In this document: positions 1 to 8,800 of the stretch, piece after piece
Numbering within the stretch: the first letter of the stretch is position 1
How the letters are laid out: each line of letters starts with the position of its first letter
IMG/VR virus record: IMGVR_UViG_3300009826_001457
Coordinates: 10,654-74,653 of that record
Origin: a virus
DNA: 64,000 bases
Reading direction: 5' to 3' (one strand)
Made by a program: the position numbers and the translations under genes
Notes under the pieces: model-generated
What the model was told of the DNA's origin: nothing
What the model saw: only the letters and a program-made list of their open reading frames with translations
The model's database searches: none

Positions 1-636
1 CTCAATTCTCTCACCAGCAACAACATTCGCAAACCCGACTTGCCGCCCTCTAGGAGATGTATTGCTCAGAATAAAATTAGGGGTTGCTGCCATGCTATGT
101 ATAATAATTCTTGGATACACATCGTAATTGCCGTGCTTGTCTTGGATATTTCTTCGGTTAATGACCGTAAAAGAGCCTCCCGCATTCAAGTTAAATGTCA
201 GAACCTCCATTGGTGTCATCCAATATGGTGTAGTAGCTTGAAATGTTATTTGAAAGAACCCCCGCATCTGACCGAACCGGACAACATCTATGGTACTCGT
301 TGGAACAAGTCGGATTACTTTGGCTGTATCTTCTTCTGCCATAAATTCCACCGGAACACTTCTCATAAAATATTTGGCCAGTGTGTTTAATCTGGCCGCA
401 GTCAGCGCTTCATTTGCTCGTATACCGTTAGGGTCGATTATGGTAAAGGTTAAGGTTAATCTCATCATATCTTTTGTTGTTCTTATAAATGTCCCATACT
501 CATGCTCTATTACATTTTGCGGCGTAAAGCTTTGTCCTCCAAACATAGGCATAGAGTCATCCGATGAACCGATATTAACTATCTGCACACCCAAAATCTC
601 GGATGGCACTCCATCAAAGTAAAAGTTTCCTGTCAT
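1..636 (-). CDS. Distal tail protein (Dit, SPbeta YomH-like), 3' end runs off the window
   Basis: Read manually; absent from the ORF track because it has no stop in the window. ATG at 636 after SD AAGGAAGGGTG, open to position 1: MTGNFYFDGVPSEILGVQIVNIG...FQITFQATTPYW... It lies downstream of the tape measure gene, and the N-terminal FxFDG and TxPYW motifs are Dit-like. Confidence 0.7.
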   Translation of the reverse strand, partial: MTGNFYFDGVPSEILGVQIVNIGSSDDSMPMFGGQSFTPQNVIEHEYGTFIRTTKDMMRLTLTFTIIDPNGIRANEALTAARLNTLAKYFMRSVPVEFMAEEDTAKVIRLVPTSTIDVVRFGQMRGFFQITFQATTPYWMTPMEVLTFNLNAGGSFTVINRRNIQDKHGNYDVYPRIIIHSMAATPNFILSNTSPRGRQVGFANVVAGERIE

Positions 637-653
637 ATATCACCCTTCCTTAT

Positions 654-681
654 AAAAAAAAAGCAGCCCACGAGGGGCTGC
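654..681 (-). terminator. Intrinsic terminator after the AbrB-like gene
   Basis: GCAGCCC-ctcg-TGGGCTGC hairpin (stem GCAGCCC/GGGCTGC) followed by a 9-T run on the minus strand. Confidence 0.8.
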
Positions 682-713
682 ATTAGTACAATGCTTTTGT
701 TTTCAAGTGATTC

Positions 714-1046
714 TTACTCATCGTCATCTTCTGCCGTATGGTCGTTCATCGCAAGCCTTAGTGCGATAGTATTATCGTCTACATCAAAAACGTCAAGCTT
801 TGTTTTTGCGCTCCATCCTTGCGTTGCCAATATTTCATCAGGCAATGTAATACGATTCAGGTCAATAATCTTACATGTATCTTCTACCGGATGGTCTGTT
901 GCACCCGGCCGCAGTGCAACGGTTTTGCTGTCTGGATAGTAAATATCAAGCTCGGTACCCTCACTCCAGCCTTTATTAGTAACTAGCTGCTTGGGAATTA
1001 CAATTCGACCCAAATCATCAATCGTGCGTGTCCCGTCATATCGCAT
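714..1046 (-). CDS. AbrB/SpoVT-family DNA-binding protein with two tandem AbrB domains
   Basis: RTIDDLGRIVIPKQL...GWSEGTELDIY and KIIDLNRITLPDEIL...GWSAKTKLDVF. Start moved to the ATG at 1046, which follows SD AAGGGAGGTG. Confidence 0.85.
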   Translation of the reverse strand: MRYDGTRTIDDLGRIVIPKQLVTNKGWSEGTELDIYYPDSKTVALRPGATDHPVEDTCKIIDLNRITLPDEILATQGWSAKTKLDVFDVDDNTIALRLAMNDHTAEDDDE

Positions 1047-1092
1047 GTCTTCACCTCCCTTCGCAAAAAAAGATAAAGCCTTACTAAGCCCC

Positions 1093-1121
1093 ATAATATG
1101 CCCTTAAAGGTCATATGTCAA
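1093..1121 (-). promoter_or_regulatory. Sigma-A type promoter of the AbrB-like gene with an overlapping palindrome
   Basis: TTGACA-17 nt-TATTAT on the minus strand; imperfect palindrome ATATGCCCTTAAAGGTCATAT at 1096-1116. Confidence 0.75.
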
Positions 1122-1189
1122 TACATATATGCCCTATTAGGTCACGCTATTTTTTTGCGAGGATTTATAATGTATATGGAGGTGGGTAT

Positions 1190-1528
1190 ATGCATCCAAA
1201 CAATGAATTTGTTGAAAAGTATATTAATTTTACTCGCAGTCGCATTGGTAGTTTAAGACAACAAAAGGGTGATTCGGCCAACAAGATGTCGCAACTTGTG
1301 GGTCTCAATGATGCTTATATCAGCAGAATAGAAACCAAAGAAAGGGTGCCATCCTTACAGGCGCTTTTCGCAATTTGCGAATTTCTTAGCGTAACACCTC
1401 ATGAATTCTTTGATGAAGAAAATCCTAACCCTGCACTGATTAAGAAAATCGTGGATAATCTAAAGCTCATTGATGATGATGGGTTAGCGTCCATTCTTAA
1501 CATTACGAATGAAATGGCAAGAAAATAG
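1190..1528 (+). CDS. XRE-family helix-turn-helix regulator
   Basis: IGSLRQQKGDSANKMSQLVGLNDAYISRIETKERVPSLQALFAICEFLSVTPHEFF. Start at ATG 1190 after GGAGGTG. Confidence 0.9.
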   Translation: MHPNNEFVEKYINFTRSRIGSLRQQKGDSANKMSQLVGLNDAYISRIETKERVPSLQALFAICEFLSVTPHEFFDEENPNPALIKKIVDNLKLIDDDGLASILNITNEMARK

Positions 1529-1607
1529 AAATTACAAAGCATGTGGGTTATGTCTTACAATGCGTATTTACTTATGTTTATCCAAATGCCTAATTGATTA
1601 AGCCAAT

Positions 1608-1650
1608 AAAACAGCGCATATCAATTTATTGCTTTTGATATGCGCTGTTT
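1608..1650. terminator. Bidirectional terminator-like hairpin between convergent genes
   Basis: AAACAGCGCATATCAA / TTGATATGCGCTGTTT inverted repeat. Confidence 0.75.
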
Positions 1651-1715
1651 CCATGTATTTTACTTTTCAGAGCAGTCAGAAATCCTTGTGTTTATACGTG
1701 GCTATCGAGGCTAAC

Positions 1716-2297
1716 CTATTTCACCAAGAGCTCTTTTATCTGCAATAGTTGTGCTTTTTTGTTATCGTTGTATTTTGCCTGCGTAAAGAGGTTGCGCAAT
1801 AGGCGACCCGCTTCTTTTTCCGTCATATGCTCGATTGAGACATTTTCCGGTTCCTCTGGTCGCATGTTATCCTCCGGAGGAGTTTCGTTAACTTTAGCTG
1901 TCGTTAAGTCGGTTTCATTGTTAACTACCAAGGAAGCATCTTTTTTTGCTAAACGCTTCTCCGCGCTCTTCCTTGCTTTCTCGCTCATACTGTTTTCTAA
2001 TTCGGCTATAAATTGTGCAACAATTTCCTCAGAATATGTGCGTGCTTTATCATTTTTTCCGATGAGGTATAGCGGGTCAATTTTAAGTACCTGCGCCATC
2101 ACTATAATTATATTTGCGGACACTTTACCAGAATTATAGGCCCTATAGATTGTTTGTGACGACACTCCACAAAGTCTTTGTATTTCTTTGCGCAAAGATG
2201 TAGACGATTTAGACCATGCCTCCTTAACCCGCTTTTTTGACTTCTCAGGGTCATGGCTTATGTTTTTAAGGCTACTGCTAAATCCAAGTTGTAGCAT
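1716..2297 (-). CDS. Hypothetical protein, possibly DNA-binding (HTH-like N-terminal half)
   Basis: 193-aa ORF with SD; segment EIQRLCGVSSQTIYRAYNSGKVSANIIIVMAQVLKIDPLYLIG is HTH-like. Confidence 0.65.
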   Translation of the reverse strand: MLQLGFSSSLKNISHDPEKSKKRVKEAWSKSSTSLRKEIQRLCGVSSQTIYRAYNSGKVSANIIIVMAQVLKIDPLYLIGKNDKARTYSEEIVAQFIAELENSMSEKARKSAEKRLAKKDASLVVNNETDLTTAKVNETPPEDNMRPEEPENVSIEHMTEKEAGRLLRNLFTQAKYNDNKKAQLLQIKELLVK

Positions 2298-2340
2298 GGC
2301 GTGACACGCCCTCTCTTATGAATTATGTTGCTCTCTACAC

Positions 2341-2369
2341 ATTATAGTGTCCAATTTATATTTCAACAA
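2341..2369 (-). promoter_or_regulatory. Putative sigma-A promoter of the 193-aa gene
   Basis: TTGTTG-17 nt-TATAAT on the minus strand. Confidence 0.55.
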
Positions 2370-2421
2370 GAGATAACAGATTGCTACATAGTATTTACAA
2401 CAAATTTATTGCGTTTTCTCT

Positions 2422-4554
2422 TTAACGCATTCCGATACGGGTCATGTTATTCCGTTGCTCGGTAGCAACAATTGTAGGTATTTCACCCTTCAGCATAGAA
2501 ACCGCATTACCAATCATCTTCTTCACTTCCGGCAATGCTTCCTGCGTTACGCCAGCATTAAAATTAAAGTTAGCTTCAACTAAGCTCCTGCCTTGCGTTC
2601 CAACACTCGGAACATTTGCACTTCTGATACTGTCTGTTATGTTGCGCATACCGTCAGAGCCTAAGCCAAACACAAGCTCACTAAAGGCCCTGGTCTGCTC
2701 GGCAGTAAGAACTTGCTCGTTAGGGTCCAGGAATCTTAGACCCGCGCCTCTATTCAAGCCGCCTGAAGCAAAGCGAGGTATGTTAATCGTAGTCGTTACA
2801 CCGGGCGTATTAGCACCGATAAGATTAACCTGCGCTTGTGTCTGTACTACAGCAGCCTGGACATTTGCCGCAACCATAGTAATTTGCTGCAACTGGACAT
2901 TCATTTGGCTAATGGCCTGCCCAATTTGGTTTAGCACGGTGCCAACATTGTCAACCCATCGCTGCATATTTGAAGACAGCATATTAAACAAATTACTGCT
3001 TGACCGCATAACTTCATCATGGAAGCGCTTTACGCTCAATAGTTTTTTCTGCTGTGTTTCACTGAAACGCCTATAGTCTTCATCGTACATTTCAGACAAG
3101 GTTTCCAGTTTCTCCACTTGTACGTTTCTTATCTCCTCAATTATTTCAAATAATTCCTGTGTCATAGCTTCGTCTAAATGCCAAGAGCCTTGGGCATCCT
3201 GGAACCATTCCTGGGCCAGTGCCAAGCGCTCTTTTTCCGCTGCGATTCTTGCTCTATCTGCTTCGGTAGTAGCTTCGGCATAGGCTATGGAAAGACGCTC
3301 CCATTCTTCGATGGCATTGATTTGCTCCTGAGATAAACTCATTAAGTTATTGCCCAGAACCGTAGCAGCACCTTCCATCGGTAAAGCAAAAATAGATTCA
3401 ATTGCTTCCTGCATAGTTGTTTGCCCATCACCTAGCATACGCAAAGCATCGGCAATTGCGTCCCTGGCCGCTGTCGGTATCATCCCGAACTGCTGAGTAA
3501 TAAACGCAAACAAGCCCTCGTCTGACATATGCGAAAACCGTTCTATATTATCCTGTATAGACAGCCAAAGATCTGTATGCTGTTGCCTTACCCCGGCTAA
3601 TCTGCCGTTTAGTTCATCAAATGCGTGTTCATCCCATCCAGGAGCCACAGCTATGATTAAGTTGTTTCTATCTGCCTCAAGCAGATTAGCCGCGCCGTTA
3701 ATGTTTCTTTCTACGTAGGTTCTAAGTTCTTCCGGTGTGAGTATACGTCCGTTCTCTAATATGGGGGTAACTTTTATTGTGATTTCATTTCCGCCTCTAT
3801 CGGATACTTGGAAGTTTTGTGCGAAGGTTGCAGTGGCAGCCCCCTCGATTTCCCATCCGCGCCTGGCCATTTGCTCTGCCGTTACATGCCCGCGGTTATG
3901 TAAGTTAAAGTTGCCATTAATAAGACTGTTAAATTGGTCTGCCAGTATTCGTATTTGATTTTGAACATGCTCAATATCAATATCCATAATAGCTGCGTTT
4001 ATCCTATTGATTAAGTCATTAAGGCTTGTTACATTAAACATTTCCGCAAGGATATCTCTTACCGTTATGCCTTGGCCTATAACTCTTTCAAAAAGGTTTT
4101 GATCTGTTGCGATAAGTACGTTGTTGGCTAGGTTTTGTAAAGCTTCGCCTGCAATTAATATTTGCTGTGTTAGTCTTGTTTTTACATACTCACCAAGGAT
4201 GCCCATGCCTTCGCCAAACTCTTTTTCAAAGGCCCATAGGTCAGCGATTAGCTGTTCATTTACCCCACGCTCCAGGATAGGCCTTGCTTCTGCATAAAGT
4301 TGGGCATTACTTAAACGCTGTACGAACAAAGCCTGTACTGCGTCCCACTCGGCATCAAGCTGCGCGCGCCTTGCATCAAGGGCCTGCATTTCAAGGTCAA
4401 GCTGCGCCCTCAATGCATCCCTTCTATCTCCTAGCTCATTGCGAATATCTTCTCTTCGGTCTCTCTCCGCAGCATCAGCGGCACCTTGCCGCCTATCTGC
4501 ATATTGGCGTTGAAGGTCACGCAAACGAGAAATAGCTTCTGCGTCACCGGTTTC
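2422..4554 (-). CDS. Tape measure protein, exon 2 (C-terminal 710 aa)
   Basis: The frame stays open upstream of the track's TTG to ETGDAEAISRLRDLQRQ. It ends in a typical TMP C-terminus (IPRFASGG...LDPNEQVLTAEQT) and continues the coiled-coil style of exon 1. Confidence 0.85.
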   Translation of the reverse strand, partial: ETGDAEAISRLRDLQRQYADRRQGAADAAERDRREDIRNELGDRRDALRAQLDLEMQALDARRAQLDAEWDAVQALFVQRLSNAQLYAEARPILERGVNEQLIADLWAFEKEFGEGMGILGEYVKTRLTQQILIAGEALQNLANNVLIATDQNLFERVIGQGITVRDILAEMFNVTSLNDLINRINAAIMDIDIEHVQNQIRILADQFNSLINGNFNLHNRGHVTAEQMARRGWEIEGAATATFAQNFQVSDRGGNEITIKVTPILENGRILTPEELRTYVERNINGAANLLEADRNNLIIAVAPGWDEHAFDELNGRLAGVRQQHTDLWLSIQDNIERFSHMSDEGLFAFITQQFGMIPTAARDAIADALRMLGDGQTTMQEAIESIFALPMEGAATVLGNNLMSLSQEQINAIEEWERLSIAYAEATTEADRARIAAEKERLALAQEWFQDAQGSWHLDEAMTQELFEIIEEIRNVQVEKLETLSEMYDEDYRRFSETQQKKLLSVKRFHDEVMRSSSNLFNMLSSNMQRWVDNVGTVLNQIGQAISQMNVQLQQITMVAANVQAAVVQTQAQVNLIGANTPGVTTTINIPRFASGGLNRGAGLRFLDPNEQVLTAEQTRAFSELVFGLGSDGMRNITDSIRSANVPSVGTQGRSLVEANFNFNAGVTQEALPEVKKMIGNAVSMLKGEIPTIVATEQRNNMTRIGMR

Positions 4555-4716
4555 CTTTTATACCCTCGGTTTCCCGATATTTATTAGGGGAATTGACTAT
4601 ATCATGACTATTTTTAATAGCCTTAATGCGCTTCCAGTGGCAGCTCATCTTCCACTGTACTCCCTTGCGGGATAGTCGATACACTTTACTTGATTTGTGT
4701 TTGCTTCTATACAATG

Positions 4717-4745
4717 AAAAAGACTGCTCTAGTTAGGAACAGTCT
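4717..4745 (-). terminator. Terminator-like hairpin after hicB, inside the intron
   Basis: AGACTGTTC-ctaacta-GAGCAGTCT followed by TTTT. Confidence 0.65.
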
Positions 4746-4782
4746 CGTTATGCTAAAATAAGGTAATAGTATGGCTGCTTGA

Positions 4783-5121
4783 CTACACAGCTATATAACT
4801 TTTCATGGCTTCCTCAAGTGCTTCGTTCACACGTTTATTGTTCTTTGCGGAATATAAAACAAAGTCTTTGTGCAGCTCAGGTGAAATAGTCACATTATCC
4901 AGTTTACCACAGTAAGGTATCATCGGCTCGCGATTTTCTGCTTCACAACTAGATAAATAATCATCAACTGCTTCGATAAAACACGCTGTAAGCTCAATGA
5001 GGCTTTCTCCATCATATGAAATTAAGCCAGTTATACCAATAACTTTGCCATGAAGGATATTGTCTTCAGCAGAATACTCAACTGTGCCATGATAGCCTTT
5101 GTGTTCTAATGTATTATTCAA
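4783..5121 (-). CDS. hicB: HicB-family antitoxin (intron-encoded)
   Basis: MNNTLEHKGYHGTVEYSAEDNILHGKVIGITGLISYDGES...FIEAVDDYL...EP..PYCGK, with an RHH-like C-terminus. ATGA overlap with the upstream hicA. Confidence 0.9.
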   Translation of the reverse strand: MNNTLEHKGYHGTVEYSAEDNILHGKVIGITGLISYDGESLIELTACFIEAVDDYLSSCEAENREPMIPYCGKLDNVTISPELHKDFVLYSAKNNKRVNEALEEAMKSYIAV

Positions 5122-5369
5122 AGAACACCCTCCAATCTTAAAACATCTAAAATATGATTGACTTGGTATGCTTTCAAAATATTTCGTGGATGGGGCTTGT
5201 GTATGGCGACATCATATGACTCTCCCCAAAATATAACTTTCGAGCCACTTGTTTTACCCTTGTTTGATTTTTGAAAACCCAGTGAGAGTAGCAGCGTCTC
5301 CGCTTCATCAAAGGTAAAGTCTTTAGGTTTAGATTTTAATCTTTCAATCAATTTCAACTTTTTACTCAT
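5118..5369 (-). CDS. hicA: HicA-family mRNA interferase toxin (intron-encoded)
   Basis: MSKKLKLIERLKSKPKDFTFDEAETLLLSLGF...GKTSGSKVIF...IHKPHPRNILKAYQV. Start at ATG 5369 after GGGAGAGG. Confidence 0.9.
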   Translation of the reverse strand: MSKKLKLIERLKSKPKDFTFDEAETLLLSLGFQKSNKGKTSGSKVIFWGESYDVAIHKPHPRNILKAYQVNHILDVLRLEGVL

Positions 5370-5385
5370 GTGGCCTCTCCCAATC

Positions 5386-5408
5386 AAAAAGGTAGCCTTT
5401 TAGCTACC
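5386..5408 (-). terminator. Terminator/attenuator-like hairpin in the hicA leader
   Basis: GGTAGC-taaaag-GCTACC followed by TTTTT, about 16 nt upstream of the hicA start. Confidence 0.6.
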
Positions 5409-5414
5409 CCCTTC

Positions 5415-5487
5415 TGTTAAATCTCCCATTTATCAGGCAGGGACTCTCCACTTGTTAAATCTCCCATTTATCAGGCAGGGACTCTCC
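5415..5487. repeat. Two perfect 35-bp direct repeats, 38-bp period
   Basis: TGTTAAATCTCCCATTTATCAGGCAGGGACTCTCC at 5415-5449 and 5453-5487. Confidence 0.95.
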
Positions 5488-5499
5488 TCTATCGTATGT

Positions 5500-5528
5500 A
5501 GTATATATTGGCACTTAAGGGTCGTCAA
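5500..5528 (-). promoter_or_regulatory. Sigma-A type promoter for the repeats and hicAB, inside the intron
   Basis: TTGACG-17 nt-TATACT on the minus strand. Confidence 0.75.
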
Positions 5529-5829
5529 TAGCTTCTAGCATAGAACTTTATCAATACATAATAATCAAATACGCATTAGTCTAACATGCTTTTTACACAA
5601 TCAAGTCTTAGCACGGTGTTTTCAGCTACGCATTCTCATGCGCCTTAGAATTTCTTAAAGAGCTACTTCGTCCATGGTCAGCTTCTACTGAAAATAGAAA
5701 CAGGCTTGTTATCTCCTTGTAAGACTTCAACAAGCGGTCTTATTCAACTCTTACCGTTAGCACCGCAGATGAGCCCTGCGGTACACCCCTGAGCTTCAGG
5801 GTTCACATTAAATGGCCTAAACTTTATTA

Positions 5830-8800
5830 AGCCGCTATTCTTAGCTCATTCATCCTCCGACGCAGTTCATCAAGGTCATTAATTTCATCCTGCTGCCTTC
5901 TACGCCGGTCTTCTTCCGCCCATTGCCGTTGTAATGCCCTTAACAAATCATCTATGTAATCGATCTGCATCTGGAAGTGAGCGCGTATCCTATCTCGTTC
6001 CGCATCCAGATGTGCCACTCTTGCGTCATGGGCTTCCCGTTCCAAATCACGTTCACGCTGATGCCTTGCTCTCAACATTGCTATAACTTGATTTTGCAGA
6101 TTACGGACATCGGATATTTGCGATTCAGCTAAACTCCTATGAGCTTCGACAAGTTGATAAATACCCCTGACATTAGCCTGGTATTGGTCTTGTAGGTCTT
6201 GCATTAAGTCTCGCCATGCTTGAGTAGACTGTGTTGTTGCGTCCGTCTGCATACGAAGCCTTACCATCTGGTCTATCAAAGAGCGGGACAGGGAAAGCCT
6301 ATTTTCAAGTTGGTCGTTAAGTAACCGTTCGTGCGTAGCGTGGTCGGTATCGGAGGTAATAGAGATTCTAAACTCAAGATGTGAGAAATGTCTGTCAAAC
6401 GCATCACGCTCTTGTCTAAACTTGTCATTAAACACATCAACTATACGAGCCGCATAAGCACGATATTGCTGCTCCAATTGCTGCATCCTATAACTATCTT
6501 CAGCGGCCCCCATATAAGCAAATCTTCTTTGCTCTTCTAGGATTACTTGTTGAAAATCCCTAAAGATTTCAAGCTGGGCATCAAAATCATTGTTCTCTAC
6601 AGCAATTGATAATCTAAACTCAAGTCTTTCCCGAGTGGCATCAAAAATACTATTCTGAAGGTCTTGCCATTGGTTTCGCAACTCCATAATCTCATTACTG
6701 GAATCATCAAAACCAAGTCGGCGCATTCTGTTGGCCTGCTCATGCAAGTCGTTCTGAAGCTGCCTATATAAATCAATCTGGTCATCAAAGTTCATGAACT
6801 CTCTGGCGCGGGTAAGCTGTAACTGTACACCTTGCTCCCAGTGTCGCCTTACTCCGTTAACCACTTCCAGCTCAAGCCTACGCCATTCATCAAGATATTG
6901 CGCTCTGTTGGCAAAGAATCTTTGGTTAAGACCATCAAGTCTATTAAGGAATGTCTCTTCGGAAATAAGCTGCATATCATGAAGCCAGCGGAGTTCGGCT
7001 ATTTGACGGTTAGCCTCATCCAGCCAAGGATCCCCGCCGCTACTACTGCCGCGGTTAGCCTGCTGTGTAGATGAACGTGAGGGGGCGCTACCGCGTTGAA
7101 AATGATTGGATGCACCACCGGTAGTTGCCGGGGCCATGGAGTTAATGATATCAATATTACGCTGAGTACGGCGAAACGCTTCTTCGATATCCCGCATAGC
7201 CTGTTCGGACAAATGACTTAAATCGCCATACTCACCGCCTATCATCATTTGATTGGCCACGTTTACGGCTGCGGCTAATACACCAAAGTTCTCGGCAGTT
7301 GTTAATGCCTGCTGGCCGATATTAATTAAGCGGGTACGTGCATGGTCAGTCGAGGCTGAAAGTTCGTCTGTTTTCCTTCGCGTATCTTCTTGGATGATTG
7401 CCCGGATTTCTTCGGCAAGTGCGGCCTGTTGGGATGCAATCATTTCTTCCCGCAATGCCTCGGTTTTTTTATCTATCGCAGCGATGTTTAATATAAGCCG
7501 GCCTTCGGAAAATTCAAGGAGATCCAAATACTCGTCTCCCGCTTCTAACAGCCGTTGGACCGTCCCAATCGTTAAGTTACCATGTTCGTTGAACTCATCA
7601 ATGGCCCCGGTCAACAATGAGTATGCAGAAGCCAATTGGTTAGTAGCCTCTACGGCTTGCTCCATTATTTCATTTGCGGTTAAAACGCCATCGCGCAGCC
7701 TTACATACTGGTCATGTAAGTAGTGCATTATCTGTATCTGACCCTGGGTGCGCTCATTCCATGGCGGTAATGAATCAGAAAACTCACGAAATGCTTTCAA
7801 TGCCAACTCTGTTGCAACGGCATTGGCATTCCATGATTCGGTATTAAGCACAAGCTGTCCATTTGCAGTAGTAATATGGTCGGCGATATTTGGCATTGCT
7901 TCCGAAAGCCTAATGAATGTTTCCCAAGATATGTAGCCCTGCGAGTTCATTTCACTTAAAGCGGCTTGGCTTACCGATAAAGCGGTATCCATCCTATTAA
8001 GGGTTTCGATATAATTAAATGTTTCACCCTTTACCGTTAACAGTGTGGCTTCTTTTAACTGAAGCTGTTGGTCAAGCCTTTCTATTTCACCTTGGGTACT
8101 TTCCAACTGCGTTTCCCATCTTTGAATAGCGGCGGTATAGTCATCTAACATTTGCTGCCTAACGGTTGTATCCATACCGGCTGATAGATGGTATATAGGG
8201 TCAATCGTAGGGCGCTGCGATTGCTGTAACTCCAACAGCTCCTGGAGTTCGTTTCTTGCGTTTCTTACTCGGTCAAAATTAGATTGTTGTTGGACCAGAA
8301 TAAAGTCTCTGTAGGCATCGGTATTAAGCCTGATTTGATTACCGACAACATATAAATAATCCAAGTAGTTTTCGCCAAGTTCGTCCATCAATGACGAGAC
8401 TGTACCTGACGATAACCCACCTGTGGTCGCCATTTCATTTTCCATTGAACGTAGAGAAGCCATCCTACTTGATATGTTTGAAATAGCAGTAGAAAAATCC
8501 TCGGCTGAAATTGTGGTCCCTTCAAATGACCTTCTTAACATTATCATCCGGGCATTTAAGTAATCCCAATCAACCGAGTCATCGGCATGGATGTTTAACG
8601 CAATATCACGGGCAAGTAGCAACTCATTAATATTAAGTTCATTAATAAGCGCATGTTCACTGGCTATTAAAACGCGCCGTATTTCATCCTTCATTCCTTC
8701 AATGCGCTCATCGGTAATATAGAACCCTAGTCTTAGCGCAATTACTTCGTTATCCATATTGCTGTCAATGGACTGTCGTATCCAATCAGGCAGGGAGTTA

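Larger units (their letters stand above)
4555..5829 (-). ncRNA. Group I self-splicing intron (IA-like, with P7.1/P7.2), 1275 nt, in the tape measure gene
   Basis: P1 exon GGCU pairs with IGS GGCC (5814-5817), with U.G at the splice site. P3 UUAAUGUG (5804-5811) pairs with CGCAUUAA (4623-4630). P4 ACGGU/ACCGU. P6 ACUUGAUU-GUGU pairs with ACAC-AAAUCAAGU. P7 GACUA (4673-4677) pairs with the GAUAUAGUC strand (4595-4603). P7.1 UCCC-GCAA-GGGA; P7.2 CAGUGG/CCACUG; P8 GGCUAUU/AAUAGUC; P9 UCGG-GAAA-CCGA. Terminal G at 4555; P10 GUUU pairs with exon AAAC. The join restores the frame. Confidence 0.9.

Noticed and set aside
40-622. Plus-strand ORFs 40-390 and 290-622
   Set aside because: They are antisense shadows of the minus-strand Dit gene (1-636), which has a strong SD and the expected synteny.
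5415-5487. CRISPR mini-array in the intron
   Set aside because: Only 3 nt separate the two repeats, so there is no spacer; no cas genes in the window.
4525-5829. TMP split as a pseudogene, frameshift or assembly error
   Set aside because: The insert has a complete group I core with correct splice-site pairings, and its removal restores the frame exactly.
4555-5829. IStron or homing-endonuclease intron
   Set aside because: No TnpA, TnpB, HNH, GIY-YIG or LAGLIDADG ORF is present; the only ORFs are HicA and HicB.
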